A DNA stretch of 64,000 nt from an uncultured Bacteroidia bacterium (lineage in GTDB: Bacteria > Bacteroidota > Bacteroidia > Bacteroidales > UBA932), in NCBI GenBank assembly GCA_902762655.1, contig CACWOZ010000002.1, positions 94,743-158,742 of the forward strand, in the 5' to 3' direction. The position numbers and the translations under genes were made by a program. Under the pieces are notes generated by a model. The model worked only from the letters and a program-made list of their open reading frames with translations. It was not told the origin of the DNA and searched no databases. Below are positions 54,359-63,625 of the stretch, piece after piece (position 1 is the first letter of the stretch; each line of letters begins with the position of its first letter).

Positions 54359-55264
54359 ATGAACTTCACGCTGACGATATTGGGCTCGGCTTCGGCCCTG
54401 CCCTTTTCCGACAGAAATCCAAGCGCCCAGGCACTGTCCGTGCACGGGCGCTTGTTTCTCATTGATTGCGGAGAGGGCACCCAGCAGCGCATACGTCAGG
54501 AACACCTCTCTTTCGTAAAGATAGAGGCGATATTCATTTCCCATATCCACGGAGACCATTGCTTCGGACTTTTCGGAATACTCAGTACGATGAGTCTGTA
54601 TCACCGGACCCAGCCGCTTCATATCTATGGGCCTCAGAATCTTGGGCCAATCATTAAATTCTATCTGTCGTATTTCGGGCAGGAATTGGGATACGAAATT
54701 GTATTCCATCAAATCGCCGGGGCGGCGTCTTTCCTCTACTCGCCGAAAAAAGGCTTCGTAGAGGAAAACGCCGCGCCCGGTAACGGAGAATGCCTTTTGA
54801 AGATTACAGCGTTTCCCTTGAATCACAAGATAGAGTGTTACGGTTTCAGGTTCGACGAGATAGTGGGGCTTAGAAGCAATCCGTGGAAACCGAGGAGTTA
54901 CGCCTATGTGTCCGACACTGCACCATTCGATGGCCTGGCGGAGAAGGTGAGGGGAGTGGACATCCTGTATCATGAGGCAACTTACCCTGCCGATCTTCAG
55001 AACAAAGCCGGGCAGTACTATCATTCAACCACCCACCAGGCGGCTATGTGCGCCAGGAATGCAGAAGTGGGGAAATTGCTGATCGGCCATTTCTCCTCAA
55101 GAGTAAAAGACATTTCTACGCTTCAGGAAGAGTGCAGGGAGATTTTCCCCGAAACAATCGCAGTAAATGATGGAGATATCTTTGAAATTCCGTATATTCG
55201 CGAATATGAAAAGATGCCTTCTGATAATACTGGCGATTCTGACGGGGCTTTCGGCACTGTCTGA
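54359..55264 (+). CDS. rnz: Ribonuclease Z
   Basis: LTILGSASALP, LIDCGEGTQ, SHIHGDH, SDT, LYHEAT, HST, GHFS. Confidence 0.93.
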   Translation: MNFTLTILGSASALPFSDRNPSAQALSVHGRLFLIDCGEGTQQRIRQEHLSFVKIEAIFISHIHGDHCFGLFGILSTMSLYHRTQPLHIYGPQNLGPIIKFYLSYFGQELGYEIVFHQIAGAASFLYSPKKGFVEENAAPGNGECLLKITAFPLNHKIECYGFRFDEIVGLRSNPWKPRSYAYVSDTAPFDGLAEKVRGVDILYHEATYPADLQNKAGQYYHSTTHQAAMCARNAEVGKLLIGHFSSRVKDISTLQEECREIFPETIAVNDGDIFEIPYIREYEKMPSDNTGDSDGAFGTV

Positions 55265-56198
55265 CACTCCCCAAAACGAATACATAAAGAAATATGCATC
55301 CATCGCTGTGAGCGAGATGCACCGCTCAGGCGTGCCGGCCAGTATTACTCTGGCTCAGGGCATGCTTGAATCGCGTTATGGCCTGTCTTCCCTTGCTGCT
55401 GACGGCAACAACCATTTCGGCATAAAGTGCCACCGCAACTGGAAGGGAAAGACCATGCACGTGAATGATGATGCTCCAAACGAGTGTTTCCGTGTTTACA
55501 AGACCGCAGAGGAGTCTTTCCGTGACCATAGTGACTTCCTTCGTTATCAAGACCGCTATAAAGGCCTTTTTGAACTTAAACCCACCGATTATAAAGGCTG
55601 GGCAAAGGGGTTAAAGAAGGCGGGGTATGCAACCGACCCGAAGTATGCCGATAAACTCATCAAGATCATAGAGGAATACCAATTATATAAATACGACAGC
55701 GGAAAGGCCGTTGCCGGCGCTTCATCATCTTCTTCATCCGTGGCCGTTCCGGAATCTCCACTTAAGATAGAGAAGAAGGCCCAGGTGGAGGTAAAGAATC
55801 CTGTCCGTCGCAGCCAGGCAGCCGAGACATATTCCTTCCGCCTGGACCGCAAAGTTTACAAGAAGAACGGCATCCTGTGCGTCTATGCTGAGCACGAAGA
55901 TACCTTCGAAAGCATTGCTTTGGAATTCAACCTGTTCCAGAAGGAGATACTCCGTTTCAATGACGTTGCTTCCATGCGTCCGCTGAAGATAGGTGAAGTC
56001 GTGTACCTCAAGGCAAAGAAACGCCAGGCTCCTTATGGGCTTCCTATGTATGTGGCCGATGACAAGCCGCTGAGCCTCTGGGAGATATCCCAGCGTTTCG
56101 GCATCAAGATGAAGTTCCTTCTAAAATGGAATCCCGGTTTGACCGCTGACTATCATCCGGTTGAAGGTGATGTAATTTATCTGAAGAAGATTAAATGA
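55206..56198 (+). CDS. GH73 glucosaminidase domain peptidoglycan hydrolase with LysM-like C-terminus
   Basis: PASITLAQGMLES, NNHFGIKCH, AGYATDPKYA; C-terminal LysM-like repeats. Confidence 0.92.
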   Translation: MKRCLLIILAILTGLSALSDTPQNEYIKKYASIAVSEMHRSGVPASITLAQGMLESRYGLSSLAADGNNHFGIKCHRNWKGKTMHVNDDAPNECFRVYKTAEESFRDHSDFLRYQDRYKGLFELKPTDYKGWAKGLKKAGYATDPKYADKLIKIIEEYQLYKYDSGKAVAGASSSSSSVAVPESPLKIEKKAQVEVKNPVRRSQAAETYSFRLDRKVYKKNGILCVYAEHEDTFESIALEFNLFQKEILRFNDVASMRPLKIGEVVYLKAKKRQAPYGLPMYVADDKPLSLWEISQRFGIKMKFLLKWNPGLTADYHPVEGDVIYLKKIK

Positions 56199-57235
56199 GA
56201 AAGAAGAAGGATAATAACTTGATAGTTCGTCTTCTGACCGGCCTGCTGCTCGCTGTAATCGTAGTAGGTGGGGGCAAGGTTTGGTTCTGGCTGTCGGACA
56301 ACAAACTGCCCAATGTCAAAATTGGAAGGGATCTCTTCGTCTATCCGGACACAACCCCGGAACAGGTGCTGGCTACGCTGGATTCCTGCGTCAGGAGGCC
56401 CGCGAGCCTGAAGCGTGCTTTCAAAGATCATCAGGTATCCAATTATATGAAGCCGGGGCATTATGTGCTCGAGGCGGGGCAGACAAGCGCATATATCACG
56501 CGTATGCTCAACAACTGCTGGCAGACGCCAGTCCAACTGCGTATCCCTTCCGTAAGGCTCAAGGGTTCGCTTGCCAGGAGCATCTCCTTGCAGATGATGG
56601 TGGATTCAGCCACCGTTGCCGATGCCTTGGAGAACAAGGAACTGCTCGAGAGATACGGGTTCAAACCGTCTACGGCTTTTTCCTTGTTTATCCCGGACAC
56701 CTATGAAATGTACTGGACGGCCGGTATAGATGAGATATTCGACCGTCAGAAAAAAGCCTGGGACGCTTTCTGGACACCGGACAATGTTGCGAAGGCAAAG
56801 AAGCAGGGACTTAGCAGGCAAGGAGTTTCGACACTTGCATCCATAGTAAAAGGGGAGAGTAACGTGCCGGCGGACTATTCCCGGATAGCAGGAGTTTATC
56901 TAAACCGCCTTCACAAGGGCATGAAACTCCAGGCGGATCCTACTATCGCCTTCCTTCTCGGATACGAAAGCAACCGTATCCTGAAGAGGGACCTTAAGAT
57001 AGATTCTCCATATAATACATATATGTATGCCGGTCTTCCTCCTGGTCCGATAAATGTGCCGGGCAAGGAATACCTGGAAGCTGTGCTGAATCCGGATACC
57101 GCATCCGGCTATCTTTTCTTCTGTGCCGATCCTTCCTTCAACGGCTCTCATCGTTTCGCGCGCAGTTATTCCGAGCATCTGCAGAATGCCCGTGCCTTTC
57201 AGAAAGCGCTCGACCAGCGTTCGCGGAACAAGTAA
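56195..57235 (+). CDS. mltG: Endolytic transglycosylase MltG
   Basis: N-terminal transmembrane segment, LASIVKGE, GMKLQADPT, DSPYNTY...GLPPGPI, YLFFCA. Confidence 0.95.
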   Translation: MRKKKDNNLIVRLLTGLLLAVIVVGGGKVWFWLSDNKLPNVKIGRDLFVYPDTTPEQVLATLDSCVRRPASLKRAFKDHQVSNYMKPGHYVLEAGQTSAYITRMLNNCWQTPVQLRIPSVRLKGSLARSISLQMMVDSATVADALENKELLERYGFKPSTAFSLFIPDTYEMYWTAGIDEIFDRQKKAWDAFWTPDNVAKAKKQGLSRQGVSTLASIVKGESNVPADYSRIAGVYLNRLHKGMKLQADPTIAFLLGYESNRILKRDLKIDSPYNTYMYAGLPPGPINVPGKEYLEAVLNPDTASGYLFFCADPSFNGSHRFARSYSEHLQNARAFQKALDQRSRNK

Positions 57236-57268
57236 AAATGATTAATTTTGTGAAACTTACATAGATAT

Positions 57269-59350
57269 ATGGAGGAAATCATCGAAAGAGCCCGTGCACT
57301 GGCTCTGGAAGTGCTCAAGGATGAGCAGCGCTTCGACGGGACGCCCTTCATCGGGCATCCCGATGCGGTCGCGGCCATAGTCCGCGACGAACTTGGCCTC
57401 CCGGCCGAGTGCAGCGCTGCGGTTTACCTTCATGAGGCCACCAGAGTCCACAAGGAAGTGGATATATCCTCTTTCCCTCAGGATGTGCTGACGATAGTTG
57501 ACGGCTTGAACAAGATTTCCACAATCAAACCCAAGGATACCCGGCTGGAGGCGGAGAACTATAAAAAACTCATAGTTCAGTATTCGACAGATCCGCGGGT
57601 AACGGTGCTCAAGATTGCCGACCGTCTGGAGGTCATGCGCAATCTGTCCATCTTCCCAAAGACATCCCGTGACCAGAAGATCCTGGAAACCTTGATGCTC
57701 TACATCCCGCTTGCACACCAGCTCGGGCTGTATAACATCAAGAGCGAACTCGAGAATATCTATTTCCGTTATGCTGATCCCGAACAATACAGGGCCATTA
57801 CCAACAAGTTGAAGGCAACCGAGCGTGACAGGGAGAGGCTTATGGCCGAGTTCATCGAACCGCTGAAGCAGAAACTTTCCGATGCGGGCATTGTTTACAA
57901 GTTGAAGATACGCACCAAGACAGCATATTCCATCTATCGTAAGATGCAGGTGCAGAAGGTGCCGTTCGAGGGCGTCTACGATGTGTTTGCCATCCGTTTC
58001 ATAATAGACTGCGAGCAGGATCCCAAACTTGAGAAAGAACTCTGCTGGAAAGTCTATTCCTATGTGACAGAGGAATATGAACCGGATACAAAGCGGCTCA
58101 GGGACTGGCTGACCAACCCCAGGCCGAACGGCTATGAGAGTCTGCATATTACAGTCAAGAATAGGCGGGGCAATGCCCTCGAGGTGCAGATTCGCACCAA
58201 GCGTATGGACTATGAGGCCGAGAACGGGCAGGCTGCCCACTGGGCCTACAAGGGCGTTCAGCACGAAGCGAACATGGACCGCTGGCTGAAATCGGTGCGC
58301 TATGCTCTCGAGCATCCATCTGAAACAAAGCCAGAAGATCTTCCGCAGCCTCCGACCAAAGAGATATTCGTGTTTACTCCTACCGGGGAACTTCGCATAC
58401 TGTCCGCAGGAGCCTCTGTGCTGGACTTCGCATTCAACATCCATACTAATGTCGGCATTCATTGTACCGGCGGGCGTGTCGGAGGAAAGGCGGTATCCAT
58501 ACGTGAGAAACTGCATACAGGAGATACAGTGGAGATTATCACATCCAAGAACCAGCGCCCGAATCGGGACTGGCTGAATTACGTGGTGACCTCCAAAGCA
58601 CGTACGAAGATCAAGCAGGAACTCGATGCGGAAGAACGCAAACTCGCCGCAAACGGCCGCGAACTTCTTGAGCGCAGGCTTAAGAACTGGAAACTTGAGT
58701 GGCCGGATGACCTTCAGCAGGAGTACATGAAGGCGCATCACTATATATCCGTGATTGCCTTCATGGCGGATATCGGCAGAGAAGTCATAGATGTCAATGA
58801 TATCAAGGCATATATCCAGAAGCAAGGGCTGTCTGCTGAACGTCAGTCGGAACAAAGCCCAAGGGAACGTGCCTTGAATTTCAGTTCTGGCTCCGATGAG
58901 ATTCTGGTAATCAACGCCAAGAACGTACGCGGCCTCGACTACAAACTTGCCAAGTGCTGCAACCCCGTATTCGGAGATGATGTGTTCGGCTTCGTCACCA
59001 GGACAGACGGCATAAAGATCCATCGCATTGGATGTCCCAATGCTGCCCAACTGATAGAGAAATATCCTTACCGCATCCAGAAAGTGGTGTGGCAGGAAAG
59101 CGCTTCATCCGGTGACTTCCAGTGCACGTTGAGTATTTCCGCAGATAAGGAACAAGCTGCGATTTCTTCGGTGATGGATGTTATTAACCAGTTCAAGGCA
59201 TCCCTGCGTTCTTTCAATGTAAATGAAAACGCCCGTGGGGGCACCTACGACATTTCGGTCAGGCTTCTCGTGCCCTCCAATACCGAATTGGATAAGATCG
59301 TTTCTCAGATTTCCAATCTAAAAAACATACTCAAAGTAAAACGTTTATGA
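57269..59350 (+). CDS. relA: Long RelA/SpoT homologue (p)ppGpp synthetase
   Basis: YIPLAHQLGL, KSELE, RTKTAYSIYRKM, NGYESLH, EVQIRT, TGS (FAFNIHT) and C-terminal KCCNPV/ACT regions. Confidence 0.93.
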   Translation: MEEIIERARALALEVLKDEQRFDGTPFIGHPDAVAAIVRDELGLPAECSAAVYLHEATRVHKEVDISSFPQDVLTIVDGLNKISTIKPKDTRLEAENYKKLIVQYSTDPRVTVLKIADRLEVMRNLSIFPKTSRDQKILETLMLYIPLAHQLGLYNIKSELENIYFRYADPEQYRAITNKLKATERDRERLMAEFIEPLKQKLSDAGIVYKLKIRTKTAYSIYRKMQVQKVPFEGVYDVFAIRFIIDCEQDPKLEKELCWKVYSYVTEEYEPDTKRLRDWLTNPRPNGYESLHITVKNRRGNALEVQIRTKRMDYEAENGQAAHWAYKGVQHEANMDRWLKSVRYALEHPSETKPEDLPQPPTKEIFVFTPTGELRILSAGASVLDFAFNIHTNVGIHCTGGRVGGKAVSIREKLHTGDTVEIITSKNQRPNRDWLNYVVTSKARTKIKQELDAEERKLAANGRELLERRLKNWKLEWPDDLQQEYMKAHHYISVIAFMADIGREVIDVNDIKAYIQKQGLSAERQSEQSPRERALNFSSGSDEILVINAKNVRGLDYKLAKCCNPVFGDDVFGFVTRTDGIKIHRIGCPNAAQLIEKYPYRIQKVVWQESASSGDFQCTLSISADKEQAAISSVMDVINQFKASLRSFNVNENARGGTYDISVRLLVPSNTELDKIVSQISNLKNILKVKRL

Positions 59351-60117
59351 AAAATTATTTTGATCTTACCGGCCGCGTAGCGGTTGTTACGGGTGCCTCC
59401 ACCGGGCTTGGCCTCCAGATGGCCAAGGCTTTCGCCAGCCAGGGTGCAAATCTTGTACTTCTTGCCCGCAGGCAGAACCTCCTCGAAGAAAACGCCAAAG
59501 CCATCACCGAAGAATTCGGAGTAGAAGTTCTCCCTTTCGCTTGCGATATTACCGACACTGAAAGGGTGAAGGCTGCTGTTGCCGCTACAATCGAAAAATT
59601 CGGCCGCGTAGATATTCTTATGAACAATGCCGGCACCGGAGCCGTAGGCCCTGCCGAAGAGATCACAGATGACCAGTTCAAACATGAGATGAACATTGAC
59701 CTCTATGGCACATTCATCTGCGCCCGTGAATTTGGTAAGGAGATGATCAAAGCCGGGTTCGGCCGCGTCATCAACATCGCTTCGATGTACGGCCTTGTTG
59801 GAAATCTCATTGTAGGAAGTGCTCCCTATCATGCAGCCAAAGGCGGCGTAGTCAACCTCACACGTGCCCTTGCGGCCGAATGGGGCAAGTATGGCATTAC
59901 CGTGAACAGCATCTGCCCCGGTTATTTCTACACCGACCTCACCACTGCGACCCTTGATTCCGATTACTTCCAGGCAATCGCAAAGAACAACATCCCTCTC
60001 GGACGTTATGGCAAGCAGGGAGAGCTCGATACCTGCGCTCTCTTCCTGGCATCTCCCGCCAGCACATATGTTAACGGCCAGAACATCGCCGTGGATGGAG
60101 GCTATACCTGCATTTAA
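59347..60117 (+). CDS. SDR family oxidoreductase (gluconate 5-dehydrogenase-like)
   Basis: VVTGASTGLG, NNAG, YHAAK, NSICPG. Confidence 0.9.
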   Translation: MKNYFDLTGRVAVVTGASTGLGLQMAKAFASQGANLVLLARRQNLLEENAKAITEEFGVEVLPFACDITDTERVKAAVAATIEKFGRVDILMNNAGTGAVGPAEEITDDQFKHEMNIDLYGTFICAREFGKEMIKAGFGRVINIASMYGLVGNLIVGSAPYHAAKGGVVNLTRALAAEWGKYGITVNSICPGYFYTDLTTATLDSDYFQAIAKNNIPLGRYGKQGELDTCALFLASPASTYVNGQNIAVDGGYTCI

Positions 60118-61173
60118 ATGTACAAGATAGGGGACTACATTCATAACGGACTTCTTTATGTCAACAATCTGGCCCGGCCTTGTCACAAGAGGCTGAGCCA
60201 GTTGATGATATATGCCACAACCATCTGCCAGTCACGTTGCAGGCATTGCTCCATATGGCAGAAACCGCACGAGAGCCTGACCCTCGAAGAAATCAAGGCA
60301 ATTGTGAGCAGCAAATGTGTCACTGCCAGAACCGTTGTAGGTCTTGAGGGAGGAGAGTTTGTGCTGCACCCGCAGTATCGTGAGATAATGGCGTGGCTCC
60401 ATGAAAACCATCCATACTACACCCTTCTTTCCAATGGTTTAGCCCCTGCCAAAGTAATCGACGCAGTCCGCCAGTACAAGCCTGTTCGTCTGTATTTATC
60501 GCTGGATGGTGACAAAGATTCATATCCCGGAGTGCGAGGAGTGGACGGCCACGACAAGGTGATCGACCTCATCGAAACCTTGAAAGATGAAATCCCTATT
60601 TCTTTGATGTTCTGCCTGACCCCGTGGAACAGTTTCGCCGACATGGATTACGTAATTGGTGTTGCTAAGAGATACAGTATCGATGTTCGTATCGGCATCT
60701 ACGGCACAATGGATTTCTTCGATACCAAGGCGGAGCTGCTCAACGTGGAAGACTACCGCTCCAAGATTCCTGCCAGCATCCACGACACCGACGAGAACTA
60801 CGACTTTGTGGCGCTTTACGATGAATGGAGGAAAGGGCATCTGAAACTTCGCTGCCAAAGCATTTTCAGCAGCCTGGTGATACACAGCAATGGTGACGTG
60901 CCAATTTGCCAGAATCTTGGTGTGAACCTCGGCAACATACGCGAGAACTCCCTGGACGAGATATTCAACGGCAAGGCAGCACATCGCACACAATGCAAGT
61001 ACTCAAAAGAATGCAATGGTTGCTGGATCAATTTCCACCGGAAGTACGACATAATTCTTCTCCGCAATTTTGAGAAGCTACTCCCCAAGAGAGTGATAGA
61101 GTGGTTCTACGGGCCTTACCAATGGTCGGGGGATAGCCGGGACACATATAAGAAGTTTTTCCAAACCAAATAG
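60118..61173 (+). CDS. Radical SAM protein with SPASM/twitch-like C-terminus
   Basis: CQSRCRHC (CxxxCxxC), GGE, LSLDG, IHSNGDVPIC, GNI, CxxxxECNGCW. Confidence 0.9.
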   Translation: MYKIGDYIHNGLLYVNNLARPCHKRLSQLMIYATTICQSRCRHCSIWQKPHESLTLEEIKAIVSSKCVTARTVVGLEGGEFVLHPQYREIMAWLHENHPYYTLLSNGLAPAKVIDAVRQYKPVRLYLSLDGDKDSYPGVRGVDGHDKVIDLIETLKDEIPISLMFCLTPWNSFADMDYVIGVAKRYSIDVRIGIYGTMDFFDTKAELLNVEDYRSKIPASIHDTDENYDFVALYDEWRKGHLKLRCQSIFSSLVIHSNGDVPICQNLGVNLGNIRENSLDEIFNGKAAHRTQCKYSKECNGCWINFHRKYDIILLRNFEKLLPKRVIEWFYGPYQWSGDSRDTYKKFFQTK

Positions 61174-61177
61174 GACC

Positions 61178-62227
61178 ATGGGAATAATCGACCAATACAA
61201 GCGCCTCCGCAGCGAGGCCTATCTGAAGGAGACCTACGAGGGTGAGTATGCTTTTGTGGGGATGGGCCAGCACAGCTTGAGCAATCTTTACCCGGTAATC
61301 CACTATCTCCAGATACCGCTAAAGTACATCTGTGTGACTTCGGAGGGCAAAGCGGCCCTCATAGGAAAGAAGTTCCGTGGAGTCATCGGCACCACCGACC
61401 TGGATGCTGTGCTGAAGGATCCGGAAATCAGGGGAGTGTTCGTTGCAGCAAGCCCCAAGGCTCATTTTGTTATCGCAAAAAAAGTGCTCGAAAGCGGAAA
61501 GGCACTCTTTGTGGAGAAACCTCCGTGCGAGAGCACCGCGGAATTGGAAGATTTGATAAACGCAAGGGGCGGTGCATCCGGCAGGACAGCGCAGGGCATC
61601 GCGGTAGCGGGCTTGCAGAAGCGCTATGCGCCAGCCGTCCGCATACTGAAAAAGAAACTTTCTGCCGAAAAGCTGCTGAACTACGACCTGCATTACTGCA
61701 CCGGTGCTTATCCGGAGGGAAATGCATTGCTGGACCTCTATATCCATCCTATAGACCTTGTCTGCCACCTGTTTGGAAAAGCGGAGATAGTGAGCAATGT
61801 CAAGATAGGGAGCAACTCCATCCTACTCACGCTGAAGCATGAAAAGATTACAGGCACCCTTGAACTCTCTACCGAATATGGATGGACGGATGCCCGTGAG
61901 ACACTTGCAGTCAATACTGCGATCGGTCTTTATAGATTGGACGGGACTGATAACCTTACTCTCGAACTCAAGCCTGCTGTTGTCGCCGGCATTCCTCTCG
62001 AAAAGATTGGTCTGGGCAAGGGTGGAACCAAAGTGCTCTTTTCCCGCAATAGTTTTTCTCCCATTCTCAAGGAGAATCCTGTCTATACTCAGGGATTCTT
62101 CGACGAAGTACGTAACTTTGCCGAAAGAACCCAGGGCCGCAAGGCCGACGCACTGTCGGACCTTGACAGCCTCAAGGATACATATTCTTTAATTACTTCT
62201 CTATCTCAAGACCAAGGTCTGCGATAA
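61178..62227 (+). CDS. Gfo/Idh/MocA family oxidoreductase
   Basis: FVGMG, H...VLESGKALFVEKP, GLQKRYAP, HPIDL. Confidence 0.88.
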   Translation: MGIIDQYKRLRSEAYLKETYEGEYAFVGMGQHSLSNLYPVIHYLQIPLKYICVTSEGKAALIGKKFRGVIGTTDLDAVLKDPEIRGVFVAASPKAHFVIAKKVLESGKALFVEKPPCESTAELEDLINARGGASGRTAQGIAVAGLQKRYAPAVRILKKKLSAEKLLNYDLHYCTGAYPEGNALLDLYIHPIDLVCHLFGKAEIVSNVKIGSNSILLTLKHEKITGTLELSTEYGWTDARETLAVNTAIGLYRLDGTDNLTLELKPAVVAGIPLEKIGLGKGGTKVLFSRNSFSPILKENPVYTQGFFDEVRNFAERTQGRKADALSDLDSLKDTYSLITSLSQDQGLR

Positions 62228-62279
62228 GGGCTGCAACTTCGCTGTTCTCGAAAAAGATTTTAAGATCATTTGCGTTCAT
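62193..62279 (-). CDS. Possible 28-aa small protein MNANDLKIFFENSEVAALIADLGLEIEK
   Basis: Preceded on the minus strand by TACTTTTG (-7 match) and an A-rich leader; overlaps the end of the Gfo gene. Confidence 0.35.
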   Translation of the reverse strand: MNANDLKIFFENSEVAALIADLGLEIEK

Positions 62280-62357
62280 GGCATTGTTCTTTCTGTTTGA
62301 CAATGCAAAAGTACGCCCCGTAATTGTCAACTTTTGACAATTTCCAAAATATTGAAG

Positions 62358-63610
62358 GCAGGTATCAAGTTTTAAATGCAATTTTTTAGAGAAAGACTGA
62401 GAGAAAGGTAGTTAAAAAGACAAAAAAAGGGTATCCGGTGAAGGATACCCGCGGAAAACTGCCTATCTTGTGGCCTCATTCGCCAAAACTCAGTCAAAGA
62501 TGAAGCACTTAACCGAAAGGCAAAGGTATGAAATCTATGGCTTAATTCAAGCAGGTTTCAACCGAAAAATGATTGCAGAGAAGCTGCACGTCCATCCGTC
62601 AACGATCACAAGGGAAATTAATCGCAATGGCTACTCCCGGTATCGCAATTATAAACCAGCCATTGCACAACAGAGAGCCGAGTTCCGATGGAGGAATCGG
62701 AAGCTTCCCCGTCGATTCAAAGAGGAGGAGAAAAAGCTTGCGAGAGAGCTGCTGGAGAAGGATTATAGCCCGGATCAAATAGTGGGCGATTGCAGGCGCA
62801 AAGGCATAAAGATGGTCTCCCATGAGACTCTGTATCAATGGATTTGGTGGGACAAAAGGCACGGAGGAGACCTCTATAAGCACCTTCGGCACAAAGGCAG
62901 GAGGTTCAAAAAAAGAGGCGCTATGAGAAAGCGTAGGGGAACCATCCAAAACAAGGTTATGATTACGGAACGATCCAAGGTTGTTGATCATCGAAAGCGC
63001 TTCGGAGACTTCGAGGTGGATACGATTGTGGGCATCAAACATAACCAGCATATACTGTCTCTGAACGACCGAGCCACAGGAAAGTACTGGCTACGAAAGT
63101 TGGATAAACCTAATGCATATGCCGCTGGGAAGGCGATTATCGAGATACTCAAAGGGCTTGCCGGACAAGGAATTGTAAAGACCATCACGTCTGATAATGG
63201 GACTCAATTTGCATGTCATGAATTGGTTTCCGAGGAACTTGGAATCGACTTCTATTTTGCCCATCCATACCACTCTTGGGAGCGTGGCTCAAACGAAAAT
63301 ACGAATGGCCTTGCTAGGCAATATATACCGAAAGGGTCTGATTTTGACGATATTACAGACGAGTTCCTGGAGCAGGTAGAAGTAATATTGAACAGCCGTC
63401 CTCGCCGTAGATACGACTACAAGACTCCTGATGAAATGTTTAGGCATCTGACCGGGCTGGATGGCTTATGCTACTTATAGATATAGCGCTCTAAGGGGCT
63501 TTCGGCCCCTGCCGCTCGGCAAACCCCCGAGAAGTCTTTCATATTAAATTTTTATCTTTGTAATGTTCAATCGCGGATGTCAAAAGTTGCAATTCCTATT
63601 TGAGTTCGCA
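62358..63610 (+). mobile_element. IS30 family insertion sequence (about 1.25 kb)
   Basis: Intact transposase; weak terminal inverted repeats (left ggtatcaagttttaaatgcaatttt, right aaaagttgcaattcctatttgagttc) sharing TCAA-N8-TGCAAYTTTT. Ends are approximate. Confidence 0.8.
62500..63480 (+). CDS. IS30 family DDE transposase
   Basis: KHLTERQRYEI, HPSTITREINRN, VSHETLYQW, GDFEVDTI, TITSDNGTQF, WERGSNENTNGL. Confidence 0.96.
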   Translation: MKHLTERQRYEIYGLIQAGFNRKMIAEKLHVHPSTITREINRNGYSRYRNYKPAIAQQRAEFRWRNRKLPRRFKEEEKKLARELLEKDYSPDQIVGDCRRKGIKMVSHETLYQWIWWDKRHGGDLYKHLRHKGRRFKKRGAMRKRRGTIQNKVMITERSKVVDHRKRFGDFEVDTIVGIKHNQHILSLNDRATGKYWLRKLDKPNAYAAGKAIIEILKGLAGQGIVKTITSDNGTQFACHELVSEELGIDFYFAHPYHSWERGSNENTNGLARQYIPKGSDFDDITDEFLEQVEVILNSRPRRRYDYKTPDEMFRHLTGLDGLCYL

Positions 63611-63625
63611 ATATATTTTTGTGCC

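Noticed and set aside
57257-59050. 597-aa minus-strand ORF, and similar long antisense ORFs at 3700..4809, 12080..13078, 14142..15101, 18186..19643, 39309..40499, 52568..55024
   Set aside because: Shadow frames opposite well-supported genes with biased codon usage.
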